DNA from: Parcubacteria group bacterium LiPW_41
GTDB lineage: Bacteria > Patescibacteriota > Minisyncoccia > UBA6257 > GWB1-50-10
DNA: 64,000 nt
Direction of reading: 5' to 3'
Assembly: GCA_007375535.1 (NCBI GenBank)
Contig: VMEM01000005.1
Location: 7,469 to 71,468 of the forward strand
Part shown: one piece after another, positions 52,851 to 62,672 of the stretch
Layout: each line of letters starts with the position of its first letter
Position numbering within the stretch: position 1 is the stretch's first letter
Position numbers and translations under genes: made by a program
The notes under the pieces: model-generated
Seen by the model: only the letters and a program-made list of their open reading frames with translations
What the model was told of the DNA's origin: nothing
Databases searched by the model: none

Positions 52851-54992
52851 ATGAGAATAAAAACTAAAATTGTTCTTATTATAGCAACACTTGTAGTTGT
52901 AAGTGCGGTCATTACTGGAATAACACAATATATTTCCTCAAAACAGACAGTACAAAAAAATATAAATGCTCACCTTGAGAGTGTAATAACGTTAAAGGAA
53001 AATCAATTTTCAGATTTTCTAGAAGGAAAAAGGGAATATATAGAGCAAATTGCAAATGAAACTTTATTCAAGAAATTCCTTTCTGAACTTATAGAAAAGG
53101 GAGAAAAAAAAGAAGAAATCAGTGCGCTTCTAAGAGAAAAGCTTTTATATCAAAACGGAATTTTTGAACTTTTTGTACTTGATACAAACGGAAAAATTCT
53201 CATATCCACTGACAAGCAACAAGAAGGGAAGTTTCGTTCAGACGAGCCATATTTTATTAGTGGGAAAAAAAATGTTTTTTTTCAAAACTTTTATCACAGT
53301 ATTGAAATAGGAAAGATTGCATCAACCGTTTCAATTCCAATAAGAGACGACGCTGGGAAAACTATTGGTGTTTTTGCCGGAAGGTTAAATATTGAAATAC
53401 TTTCAAAACTAATGGCAGAGCGATCTGGACTCGGAGAGACTGGAGAAACCTACTTAGTCAATAAATACAATACAATTGTTACTCAAATACGCTCAAATAC
53501 AAGCGGCACGTTTTCAAAAATGATCTATACCGAAGGAATCAAAAACTGTCTCTCAGGGATAAATGGAAGTCACTATACAAACTACGAAAATGTACCTGTT
53601 ATCGGGATACATAAATGGATTCAAGAAAAAGAGATTTGTCTTGTTGCCGAAATAAAACAATCTGAAGCATACAGTCCGATAGACTCCCTACGAACACTTT
53701 CAATTATTGTTAGTCTTGGATCTATTCTATTTACTATTTTCATAGGAAGAATTCTGGCGCGTTCAATTTCTACACCAATCTTAAAACTGAAAGAGAATAC
53801 AAAACAAATTGCTCAAGGAAATTTAGATACAATAATTTCTGTTAACACTAATGATGAAATTGGTGAATTGGCTTTCGATTTTAAAAAAATGACAGGACAA
53901 TTAAATGAATACACAAAAAATTTAAAAGAAGAAAAAGCAAAGCTCTTGTCATCTATTAACAGCCTGCCACTTGGATTCATCCTTTTTAACAACAAAAGTG
54001 AAATAATTCTTAAGAACAACATAACAAAAAATATTCTTCTTGAGGATGAGATAAACATTAATGAGGAAATGATCTCTAATCTCATAAAAAAATCGAAGAA
54101 ATTTGAAATCCCAATAGAGGAATGTGTAAATCAAAAAAGAATTTGCGAATTTGAAAAAATTGAATGGAAAAACAAGGTGCTTCGAATTATATTTTCACCA
54201 ATTGTCATATCAAAAGAGGAAAAACAAAAAACAGAAGAGATAATGATTGGGTATGTTCTCATCATCGAAGATGTAACAAAAATCGAAACACTCAGTAGAA
54301 CACGCGATGAATTTTTTGCTATAGCCTCACACGAACTAAGGACTCCACTAACTGCAATAAAAGGAAATGCTGAATTATTAGGAAAATTCTTTGAAAAGGA
54401 AGTAAAAAATGAAGAAGTTTCAGAAATGGTATCAGATATACAAAAAGAAAGCGTGCGACTTATTTCCATAACAAACGAATTTCTTGATGTATCAAAAATT
54501 GAACAACATCAAACAAATCTACAGCGCATACCAATTAATTTAAATAGCATAACAAAAACAGTTATAGAAGAGCTACAAGTTATTGCAGCGCAAAAAAGAA
54601 TTTCAATTATTTTCGATGAGAATAAAAATCTCGTTGCAGCAATAGGCGATAGAGATAGAATTCATCAAATTCTTACCAACCTCATCGCAAACGCAATCAA
54701 TCACACAGTAAGAGGAAAAATAATGGTTTCAATTAGCGCAGAAAATAACTATATTAAAACATCAATTACAGATACTGGAATTGGAATCTCTGATGAAAAT
54801 AAAAAATACCTATTTGAAAAGTTTCAACAGGCACAAACAAACATTTTTACGCGAGGAGAAGAAAAGGGAACTGGGCTTGGACTTTACATCTCAAAACTTC
54901 TCATCGAAGATATGGGAGGAAAGATATGGCTAGAGAAAAGTGAGGAAAATATAGGAAGTACTTTCAGTTTCACCCTTCCTGCCGTGGTATGA
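52851..54992 (+). CDS. Sensor histidine kinase (extracytoplasmic sensing domain, HAMP, HisKA, HATPase_c).
   Basis: H-box FFAIASHELRTPLTAIKGNAELL; N, G1 and G2 boxes (NLIANAINHT; DTGIGIS; GTGLGLYIS). Confidence 0.8.
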   Translation: MRIKTKIVLIIATLVVVSAVITGITQYISSKQTVQKNINAHLESVITLKENQFSDFLEGKREYIEQIANETLFKKFLSELIEKGEKKEEISALLREKLLYQNGIFELFVLDTNGKILISTDKQQEGKFRSDEPYFISGKKNVFFQNFYHSIEIGKIASTVSIPIRDDAGKTIGVFAGRLNIEILSKLMAERSGLGETGETYLVNKYNTIVTQIRSNTSGTFSKMIYTEGIKNCLSGINGSHYTNYENVPVIGIHKWIQEKEICLVAEIKQSEAYSPIDSLRTLSIIVSLGSILFTIFIGRILARSISTPILKLKENTKQIAQGNLDTIISVNTNDEIGELAFDFKKMTGQLNEYTKNLKEEKAKLLSSINSLPLGFILFNNKSEIILKNNITKNILLEDEININEEMISNLIKKSKKFEIPIEECVNQKRICEFEKIEWKNKVLRIIFSPIVISKEEKQKTEEIMIGYVLIIEDVTKIETLSRTRDEFFAIASHELRTPLTAIKGNAELLGKFFEKEVKNEEVSEMVSDIQKESVRLISITNEFLDVSKIEQHQTNLQRIPINLNSITKTVIEELQVIAAQKRISIIFDENKNLVAAIGDRDRIHQILTNLIANAINHTVRGKIMVSISAENNYIKTSITDTGIGISDENKKYLFEKFQQAQTNIFTRGEEKGTGLGLYISKLLIEDMGGKIWLEKSEENIGSTFSFTLPAVV

Positions 54993-55005
54993 TTAATAGA
55001 CAATC

Positions 55006-55386
55006 ATGGAACTAACAAATAAAACAATCCTCCTTGCAGAAGATGACTCGGTTTTAAGCCGAATGTACCAAAAAGGACTCACTCTTTCTGGCGCAAACGT
55101 CTTGCGTGCTTTAAACGGAAAGGAAGCGATAAAAATAGTAAACGAGGAACATATTGATCTTATTCTCTTGGATCTTATGATGCCGGTAATGAATGGATAT
55201 GAAACCATTAGACAAATTAGAACCAGTGAAAAGACAAAAAATATACCAATTGTTGTTCTCACAAATCTTGATGACCATCCAGAATTTATTGAAAAAGCCA
55301 CAGGAGTAAAAATTGAAGCCTATCTCGTTAAATCAAATGTTTCAGTTGAAGATGTCATCCAAAAAATTTCTGAACTCATAAAATAA
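55006..55386 (+). CDS. Single-domain response regulator (CheY-like receiver).
   Basis: ILLAEDD...LILLDLMMP...KNIPIVVLT with conserved Asp and Lys positions. Confidence 0.8.
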   Translation: MELTNKTILLAEDDSVLSRMYQKGLTLSGANVLRALNGKEAIKIVNEEHIDLILLDLMMPVMNGYETIRQIRTSEKTKNIPIVVLTNLDDHPEFIEKATGVKIEAYLVKSNVSVEDVIQKISELIK

Positions 55387-55401
55387 ATAAAAAACGGCTC
55401 A

Positions 55402-56133
55402 TTAAGAACCGTTTAGATTTTTTACTGCTAACGTATCAAGAACGTGTTCAGCAATTTTGCTAACCATTTCTTGTTCATCGAGCAATGTGGTATCAAGGAG
55501 AAATAGATTTTTATGCACCGGAGAGAGCGCCGCATACGCCGTATTATAACGCTCAACGAGTGTTTTAATTGTTTTTGGATTTGAAGTCTCGCCAAGTTTT
55601 TGCGAAAGTGCAATACGCAATTCTCGTTTCATAGCCTCATCTGGATCGCACACAACAAAATATGCAGCGTCAATCTCATTGGTCCACAAACGATTTAAGA
55701 AAAAATCTTGTATCCCTTTCTTTTCAACTTCTGAAAGTTTGTTTTTCTCCTCCCAATACATCATCCACACATAAGAATCGAAAATTGCCCGATCAAAAAT
55801 GACAAGATCATATTGATGACCCCAACTTAGGTCAAGCAAGAGGGAAAGTGAATAAAGCCCAGTCCGAACATTGTAGATAGGTGTATCGCGAGTGATATGA
55901 CGAATAACTTCAGCTCCTTCCTGTGGTCTTAACACGCGAAACCCCATACGTCGAAAGAATTTGTCGAGTTCGGTGATCATTGTCGTTTTTCCCGCAGAAG
56001 GAGAACCGGTAATCTCAACAAAAAATGGACGCGGAATAATTTGTCGATCATATCGTAATGTACTTTTAAGATACGCCAGTAATTTCTGTGCTTTCTCTTC
56101 AAATGATTTTTCCTGCTGGTTGGTAGATGTCAT
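55402..56133 (-). CDS. P-loop NTPase, putative nucleoside/nucleotide kinase.
   Basis: Walker A ITGSPSAGKTT. Confidence 0.5.
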   Translation of the reverse strand: MTSTNQQEKSFEEKAQKLLAYLKSTLRYDRQIIPRPFFVEITGSPSAGKTTMITELDKFFRRMGFRVLRPQEGAEVIRHITRDTPIYNVRTGLYSLSLLLDLSWGHQYDLVIFDRAIFDSYVWMMYWEEKNKLSEVEKKGIQDFFLNRLWTNEIDAAYFVVCDPDEAMKRELRIALSQKLGETSNPKTIKTLVERYNTAYAALSPVHKNLFLLDTTLLDEQEMVSKIAEHVLDTLAVKNLNGS

Positions 56134-56184
56134 ACATCCTCCGATTTGTTGTTATTTTAATTAACTGTCGATTAGAATAAGTGA

Positions 56185-56772
56185 ATGAGAGAGGGAAGTC
56201 AATTTTATCGAATTGGATTTGATATGGATGGTGTTCTTATTGATCACACAGAAATACGCATTAGACTCGCAAAGGAAATTGGGTTTTTTTTAAGTCCAGA
56301 ACAAACACCCTCCGACATACTCCGAACCATCATCCCAAAGGATAAACGAAGTGTGCTTCAAAATACTCTCTATAACAACCCACAAGTAGCACTTGAAGCT
56401 CAAATTATGGATGGGGCATATGAAGGAATCTCAATACTTGCACATGCTGGACTTTCAATTTTTCTCATCTCACGAAGAAAGGATCCACAACTTGCAATCA
56501 GACTACTATCAAAACATAAATTATGGCCAGACTATTTTAATGAAGAAAACACCTATTTCGTTGCTGAAATTGAAGATAAAAACGAGAAAGCAAAAGTATT
56601 TCAACTTACTCACTATATCGACGACGAGGAGGGAGTACTTAATGCGCTTGTCGACGTTCCAAATAAAATACTTTTCGACCAACACAATGCATCAGAAAAT
56701 AATACATATCGACGTATAAACGATTGGGAGTCGCTGATAGAACATCTTCTAAATGAAAATCCGTCCCATTAG
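56185..56772 (+). CDS. HAD-family 5'(3')-deoxyribonucleotidase (NT5C)-like.
   Basis: Motif I GFDMDGVLID. Confidence 0.5.
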   Translation: MREGSQFYRIGFDMDGVLIDHTEIRIRLAKEIGFFLSPEQTPSDILRTIIPKDKRSVLQNTLYNNPQVALEAQIMDGAYEGISILAHAGLSIFLISRRKDPQLAIRLLSKHKLWPDYFNEENTYFVAEIEDKNEKAKVFQLTHYIDDEEGVLNALVDVPNKILFDQHNASENNTYRRINDWESLIEHLLNENPSH

Positions 56773-56786
56773 GAACGGATTTTATT

Positions 56787-57440
56787 TTATCGCTTTCGTT
56801 CAGTAGAAGAACGCTCTGAATTTCCACGAGTGTTACTTTCTCGCTGTGGAGGGGGATTGTTTTGTTTTCCAGAATCAATACTTTCTCGCCTTCTCTCATT
56901 TTGTTTTGGATTGTCTTGATTGCGTGGCGGATTTTTTTCTGATTCTTTTGGCCTCTGCATTTCTTCTCGAGACCGATTTCTGTCACCCTGATTGCGGTCA
57001 TATCCTCGTTCTCCACCAGAATTATCTCGTGTTCGAGGAATTGGTCGAAATATTCCAGGATTTTTTGGTGGACTAACCCATTCTGGCGGATTCCAATTTG
57101 GTTTTTTGTGTGAAAAACCCCAATAACCAAATTGGTGCGTATCCCAATACAATCCAAAATACCAATTATTTTTCCAACTATGACCCCAAGGATTTATGTA
57201 ATATCCATAAGGATAGGAATACCATGGTCTGTATTGTAAAGAATACGGATATAAATAGGAGAATGGATATAATTCGTTTTGTAAAACTAATGATTGATAA
57301 ATGGTGGTTTCTTGGGCAGAATCTGCAACTACAGATTCGTGAGTTCGTTCTCTTGTTTGTATTTGAAAGTGAGTGTAACACCCACTCAAAAATATAAGAG
57401 AAGAAAAAAGTACAACAAAAAGAAAAGGTAATCGTTTCAT
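56787..57440 (-). CDS. Exported low-complexity protein (aromatic/Pro-rich middle, R/E/N/Q-rich tail).
   Basis: Signal peptide MKRLPFLFVVLFSSLIFLSGC (possible lipobox). Confidence 0.5.
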   Translation of the reverse strand: MKRLPFLFVVLFSSLIFLSGCYTHFQIQTRERTHESVVADSAQETTIYQSLVLQNELYPFSYLYPYSLQYRPWYSYPYGYYINPWGHSWKNNWYFGLYWDTHQFGYWGFSHKKPNWNPPEWVSPPKNPGIFRPIPRTRDNSGGERGYDRNQGDRNRSREEMQRPKESEKNPPRNQDNPKQNERRRESIDSGKQNNPPPQRESNTRGNSERSSTERKR

Positions 57441-57561
57441 CTCACACCTCCGTGATATTTAGTTTTTAATTTTGTCTCTATAATTAGTGTATCATTATTG
57501 ACCAAATAGGAAATTTATAGTATATTTTACCTAACATTAACAAACAATATACGGAGGTCGT

Positions 57562-58677
57562 ATGTCATTATTACACAAGCTGTTTCCTAGTCTTTTTGGA
57601 ATTGACGAAGAAACAAGGGATCGTTTGGAAAGTGTACTCTCAGAATTATTTGCACTCGATGAGATTTTTAAAAAAATAGGGAACATTGATCTGGGAAACC
57701 CAAACCATCCATTTAAGTATCTTTCAATACTTTATAACGAACTCATAAGTATTAACAAAGAACCTGAAACCTACAAAGAAATTATCAAATATCACATCAG
57801 CGCACTGCAGGAACCATCTAACTTACACTTGAAAATCGATTTTGCAGAACGGTTTGTAGATGAAGTATATTCATTGAATCAAAGTTTGGACAAAGCGGTG
57901 TGGTATCGTCTTCTTGAAAGAAACCCCAAAGAATGGGAAAAGGTTATTCCAATAATTTTGGAAGAGATCGACAAAACATTTACACTTGCAAAAGCACTCA
58001 CTCTAATGTGGGATGATAACATAATAAGAGAACTTGAACGCGATCCTTACGAAATCATCGAATTATTTTTCGATGATATGAAATATGGGACATTAAAAGA
58101 AATCCCAGCAACACTAAGGAGAGCAATATTTGATGCTCATGCAAACTATAACGATTTTGATGAATTCATTCGTACAATAGGTTGGAATACAATATACTCC
58201 ATCATCACATCAGAATCCGAAGGGTTTTCTGATCGTTTTTCAATATTCTGGAGGTCATTATCTGAAGACCTTCGTTCTGCATTTCTGAGCGCATGTACCA
58301 ATGATATTGATTATTTTTTCAGGTCAAAATTCAAACTTTGTGAAACAGAAATTCAAGATGAGATTTTGAACCAATTAGGCATTTCAGATGGCTTATACGC
58401 ATACATCCGCCTTATCCCAAAAGAAAAACGTTTTGATTTTCTTGTGCGACACTTGGAGGATGAGGATGTTTCACTCTCAGTTATTGGTGATAATATATTC
58501 AATCTAAATGGATATTTATTGCGCTTTTCCACAACCGATGATGCGATTATTACCAGTGAAGAAATCGAAAAGCTGTATACATTGGTATTTGAAAAGTTTC
58601 AAAAGCATGAACATTTCCAATTCATTCAATCAAACTATGAATCTTGGAAACGTATGTTCTTTAAACCGGTAGAATAA
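57562..58677 (+). CDS. Hypothetical protein (371 aa).
   Basis: RBS ACGGAGG then ATG. Confidence 0.5.
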   Translation: MSLLHKLFPSLFGIDEETRDRLESVLSELFALDEIFKKIGNIDLGNPNHPFKYLSILYNELISINKEPETYKEIIKYHISALQEPSNLHLKIDFAERFVDEVYSLNQSLDKAVWYRLLERNPKEWEKVIPIILEEIDKTFTLAKALTLMWDDNIIRELERDPYEIIELFFDDMKYGTLKEIPATLRRAIFDAHANYNDFDEFIRTIGWNTIYSIITSESEGFSDRFSIFWRSLSEDLRSAFLSACTNDIDYFFRSKFKLCETEIQDEILNQLGISDGLYAYIRLIPKEKRFDFLVRHLEDEDVSLSVIGDNIFNLNGYLLRFSTTDDAIITSEEIEKLYTLVFEKFQKHEHFQFIQSNYESWKRMFFKPVE

Positions 58678-58728
58678 TAATCAACGACGCGCATTTTGCG
58701 CGTCTTTTTTATAATAAAGGAGATCAAC

Positions 58729-59088
58729 ATGCTGTACTTGACTAAAGCGCTTTACTTTGATACACTTGCTCATATGCAATGGAAAGACGCAGAAAACACC
58801 AGATTGATACAAGCCGTGCTTGCCCTTAAGACACCAGATGAAGCACAGCGTTTTTTGCGTGACTTAATGACCGAAAAAGAGATTAAAGAATTCTCAAACC
58901 GATTTAAAACTGCAGAACTTTTAACTAAAAATGTTCCGTATTCTGAAATCGAACAAAAAACTGGTCTAAGCTCCAGAACAGTAGCTCGTGTCTCTAAGTG
59001 GTTAAATGGAAAAGGTGGGGGATATCGCACCATTATCAATCGTCTCCATAGTCACAACTCTATCCAAGCACGGAAAGGGTTGTCTTAA
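58729..59088 (+). CDS. TrpR/YerC-like DNA-binding protein.
   Basis: SSRTVARVSKWLNGKGGGYRTII C-terminal HTH pattern typical of the YerC/YecD (TrpR-like) family; RBS AAAGGAG. Confidence 0.55.
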   Translation: MLYLTKALYFDTLAHMQWKDAENTRLIQAVLALKTPDEAQRFLRDLMTEKEIKEFSNRFKTAELLTKNVPYSEIEQKTGLSSRTVARVSKWLNGKGGGYRTIINRLHSHNSIQARKGLS

Positions 59089-59269
59089 TGTACTTCTAAT
59101 TCACATAAAGCTAACCCCCTCCGTACTTGGAGGGGGTATTCATTTGTCTACCCGCAACAAAAGACAAACAGTTCTTTGATTAAAGGAGGTCACAATGACC
59201 GTGCAAGGACTTAGTCTTGGTGGCATGGGGCCACACATTTTTGTGGAGAGAGATTCTCTCCACGTATAT

Positions 59270-59342
59270 GGTCTTGGTAGCTCAATAGAAGAGCGATGCT
59301 TTGTGAAGGCATTGGTTGCGGGTGCAAGTCCCGTCCAAGACC
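59270..59342 (+). tRNA. tRNA-His (anticodon GUG) with encoded G-1.
   Basis: Manual cloverleaf: G-1 plus acceptor GTCTTGG/CCAAGAC, D GCTC/GAGC, anticodon stem ATGCT/GGCAT with loop TTGTGAA, T arm GCGGG-TGCAAGT-CCCGT, discriminator C. Confidence 0.8.
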
Positions 59343-59463
59343 CATGAGCTACAAAAAAAGAAAATTAAAAAGAAATAAAATAAGCCAACTAAAGTTCAAG
59401 GTCGGGCTGGCTTTTAATCTGATAAAGAAAAAAGTTCTTTCACAAATAAAAAGGAGAAAAGTC

Positions 59464-60246
59464 ATGAGACTTCAACAAACCCAAAAAATAATGGGGGATC
59501 TACGCCTTCTCAACAGAAACATAATTCAAAACAAGAAAATTGATGAGTGGGTCGATGAATACATAAACGAATGCATCCTAAACGGGAAGCCTGTGGAAAT
59601 TCTACTCCAATGGTGTAGCGGGCTTGGTTTGGAAACGCGAATGAAAAAACAGGGAGGAACCTTTGTTCCACTCACCACAGAAATTGATCTGATTCAAAAA
59701 CAGATTCCCCAGATCATCAACATATTTAACAAACAAAATGTACGAGTCTCTTGGATCATCACATTCAATCGTTCATACATAAAAAGACGCAGATTGGGAG
59801 ACAATGTTTTTTTTGCATATATTGCGATGATAAAGAATCTTGCAAATGGAATTAGAGAGCTGGAAGAAAGTTTGTTATTTTTTGATTGGGAAGAGCTATT
59901 GAGTGAGCTAAAACCAAATCAAAAAATTATTACTGAATTCAACTCCTTCGTAAGTAATAACGCAATGGAATATGAAGTGAAAAATTTCTTACAAATGCTC
60001 TCGCAATATCCAGACTCACTCACTTCAAAGGATGAAATACGCGAGGAAGCAAAATGCCGAATTGCATTTGAAAGTGAGGAAGCACAATTTCTTGCAGGGG
60101 ATACATCACCATTTGATAAAGGTATGTTCATCTTAATTCCACTGGAAAGGTCAGAACGCTATATATTTTTTGATCTTCTTGTTCCTGAGTTCACTAAACG
60201 AATAGTGTCAGTATTGAAACTATATCCGTGGCGCATGGAAAACTAA
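59464..60246 (+). CDS. Hypothetical protein (261 aa from MRLQQTQK).
   Basis: RBS AAGGAG 6 nt before ATG. The longer track ORF from 59296 would overlap tRNA-His. Confidence 0.5.
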   Translation: MRLQQTQKIMGDLRLLNRNIIQNKKIDEWVDEYINECILNGKPVEILLQWCSGLGLETRMKKQGGTFVPLTTEIDLIQKQIPQIINIFNKQNVRVSWIITFNRSYIKRRRLGDNVFFAYIAMIKNLANGIRELEESLLFFDWEELLSELKPNQKIITEFNSFVSNNAMEYEVKNFLQMLSQYPDSLTSKDEIREEAKCRIAFESEEAQFLAGDTSPFDKGMFILIPLERSERYIFFDLLVPEFTKRIVSVLKLYPWRMEN

Positions 60247-60355
60247 ATTAAATCCGCTAGTCCATAGACTAGCGGTTTTTAAATACAAATAACTTGTATT
60301 TTCTATCCTAATATTGGTATAGTGAGGCCAGAAACTTAAAACGGAGGAATATTAT

Positions 60356-61468
60356 ATGAAAGCGATTCACGAAATCGTCCTCACCGGAGGACCGTGTGGA
60401 GGAAAAACAACCGCATTAAGCAAGATACAATCGTGGCTAATGGATCGTGGTTTTAGAGTCTTTATAGCCCCAGAAACCGCTACCATAGTGATTGGAGGAG
60501 GAATCCGTGATATCGGACTTATTGCAGGAAAGAACCCAAAGAAATACAGAGATATTCAAAAAGAAATGCTTCGAATGCAACTTTCAAATAGAACTCACTT
60601 TTGGAATCTTGCAAAACTATTTAACGAACCAATAGTCATCCTTTATGACCGAGGTCCAATGGATGGTGCTGCATATATGGAAAGAAATTATTTTGAAGCA
60701 ATGATTGAAGAAGAACACTACACCTTAAGTGAGTTGCGCGATAGCTTCGATGGAGTTATTCATTTAGTAACCGCAGCAAACGGCGCACGTGAGTTTTATA
60801 CGACCGCAAACAATGAAGCCCGTCGCGAAACACCAGAAGAAGCAATTGTGCTTGATGAAAAAACAAAAGAGGCTTGGGTTGGTCATCCTCATCTTAAAAT
60901 AATCGACAATCCAGTTAGTGGAGAGGGATTTAATCTCAAGCTTCGTCGCGCAACTTCTACAATCGCACGAATCATTGGGATTCCGGTTCCAATAGAAATT
61001 GAAAGAAAATTTCTTGTAAAATCAGTTCCCGAATCATTCCTTAACAACCTTTCTAATTTGCACACCGCAAAAATTGAGCAGATATATATTGAAGGGACAG
61101 ACGAAACACGAATTCGCAAACGAATTGCAAGTGATGGAAGTGCAATCTATTCTCATACAATAAAATCACCGGGCGATAACACCGCAACACGGTACGAACG
61201 AGAAAGCAAAATTAGTCCAACACAATTTGCCGACTTACAAAAAAGTCAGAAACAGGGGACTATCACTATTTTCAAAAAGCGTCACTGTTTTGTTTGGAAC
61301 TCTCAATATTTTGAACTCGATATTTTCAAATCTCACGATGGACTTATTCTTCTTGAGGTTGAACTCACAGAAGAAAATGATTCAGTTGATCTTCCACCAT
61401 CATTTGAAATTGAAAAAGAAGTTACCGGAGATCCCGCATATTCAAATGCGGTACTCGCACAGATATAA
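60356..61468 (+). CDS. P-loop ATPase/kinase domain fused to C-terminal CYTH (triphosphate tunnel metalloenzyme) domain.
   Basis: N-terminal Walker A GGPCGGKTT; C-terminal EIERKFLV (CYTH ExExK signature) plus downstream acidic/Arg residues. Confidence 0.6.
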   Translation: MKAIHEIVLTGGPCGGKTTALSKIQSWLMDRGFRVFIAPETATIVIGGGIRDIGLIAGKNPKKYRDIQKEMLRMQLSNRTHFWNLAKLFNEPIVILYDRGPMDGAAYMERNYFEAMIEEEHYTLSELRDSFDGVIHLVTAANGAREFYTTANNEARRETPEEAIVLDEKTKEAWVGHPHLKIIDNPVSGEGFNLKLRRATSTIARIIGIPVPIEIERKFLVKSVPESFLNNLSNLHTAKIEQIYIEGTDETRIRKRIASDGSAIYSHTIKSPGDNTATRYERESKISPTQFADLQKSQKQGTITIFKKRHCFVWNSQYFELDIFKSHDGLILLEVELTEENDSVDLPPSFEIEKEVTGDPAYSNAVLAQI

Positions 61469-61473
61469 AATAC

Positions 61474-61505
61474 CCCGCCAGTCTATAAGACTAGCGGGGT
61501 TTATT
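61474..61505. terminator. Bidirectional terminator (ccccgccagtc-tataa-gactagcgggg-ttt).
   Basis: Between CYTH-fusion gene (+) and CDF transporter (-). Confidence 0.6.
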
Positions 61506-62436
61506 ATTTTCGTATTCCATACGGATCTGTCTTTCGAAACACGCTGTTTCTGCGTTCTCGTCCGGCTTGATTGTCTGGTTCGATATGAATATGTGCTGCC
61601 TTCATATCGGGAAATGCCTGCCGAATTGTCTGCTTCACCTTGTGACTTATCTTGTCATGCGCCTCCTCGACACTCATCAAGCAATCAACGCCAATATGAA
61701 AATCGGCATAGAATCCATTTTCGCGTCCTCGCGTTCGCACTGCATGACAAAATTTTACTTCAGGAATAGTCATCACTACACTCACAATCTTTTCTGGATC
61801 AATCACTTGGGCATCACATAATACTTTTGTAGTTGATCGAATGATTCCAATAATGATGCGGAGAATAAGAAAGGCAATAGCAAGTGTAATAACTCCATCG
61901 AGCCACAAAACACCTTGTCCGATAAAATAGATTCCCGCCATAACCGCAAGCGAAACAAATATGTCGCTTTTTGTTTCTGATGAATCTGCAATAAGCAGTT
62001 CGCTCTTTAACCTTCGTCCAGCACCACCTTCACACCACACAATGAAAAGATTAATAACAATAGAGGCAAGCATTATCACAAGCACAAAGGGCTGTAAAAC
62101 AATTGCTTGCGGATGAATTAATTTTTCAATTCCTGCTTTTGTTACTTCAAAGAAGGTGATTGAGATAATGCCAGCAATAATAAGCGTCGCAATTGCTTCA
62201 AACTTGTCATATCCGTATGAATATTTTTCATCAGGGTCTTTCCGCGCAAGTCGAATTGCAAGCATGCCTGCTACGTTAGAAAGCGAGTCACCAAGTGAGT
62301 GAATACCGTCGGCGGTAATTGCAAGAATTCCAGTGAATAATCCAAGCACAATTTTTATAATACAGGTCAAAAGATTGAGGAAAAATGTCCTCCAAAGAAC
62401 CACTTGAACCTCTCGTAGTCGTTCTTTTCGTTCCAT
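61504..62436 (-). CDS. Cation diffusion facilitator (CDF) family metal transporter.
   Basis: Six TMs with HSLGDSLSN...D motifs and C-terminal cytoplasmic domain. Confidence 0.8.
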   Translation of the reverse strand: MERKERLREVQVVLWRTFFLNLLTCIIKIVLGLFTGILAITADGIHSLGDSLSNVAGMLAIRLARKDPDEKYSYGYDKFEAIATLIIAGIISITFFEVTKAGIEKLIHPQAIVLQPFVLVIMLASIVINLFIVWCEGGAGRRLKSELLIADSSETKSDIFVSLAVMAGIYFIGQGVLWLDGVITLAIAFLILRIIIGIIRSTTKVLCDAQVIDPEKIVSVVMTIPEVKFCHAVRTRGRENGFYADFHIGVDCLMSVEEAHDKISHKVKQTIRQAFPDMKAAHIHIEPDNQAGRERRNSVFRKTDPYGIRK

Positions 62437-62569
62437 ATGAGCTCCTTTTTATAATGGTAATTTTCTGCCTTCAGAATAGTGTGGAAGTGTCAGTTGGTCA
62501 ATGTGGATTATAACAAAACCATATTTTAGTTGAATTTATATCGATTTTTTTGTATTATTGTTTGGCAAA

Positions 62570-62645
62570 TGCGGGATCGTCTAATGGTAGGACAGCGGAC
62601 TCTGAATCCGTCAATCTTGGTTCGAATCCAGGTCCCGCAGCCAAA
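62570..62645 (+). tRNA. tRNA-Gln (anticodon CUG), CCA encoded.
   Basis: Manual cloverleaf: U1-A72 acceptor TGCGGGA/TCCCGCA, anticodon stem GCGGA/TCCGT with loop CTCTGAA, T arm CTTGG-TTCGAAT-CCAGG, discriminator G then CCA. Confidence 0.8.
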
Positions 62646-62652
62646 ATAAAAA

Positions 62653-62672
62653 CCCCCAAGAGGGGGTTAAGT
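62653..62672. terminator. Terminator after tRNA-Gln (aaccccc-aaga-gggggtt).
   Basis: GC stem immediately after the encoded CCA. Confidence 0.55.

Noticed and set aside
59195-59353. 52-codon ORF with strong AAAGGAGG RBS.
   Set aside because: Its 3' half is fully explained by a canonical tRNA-His(GUG) cloverleaf with G-1; kept only as a curiosity in the findings.
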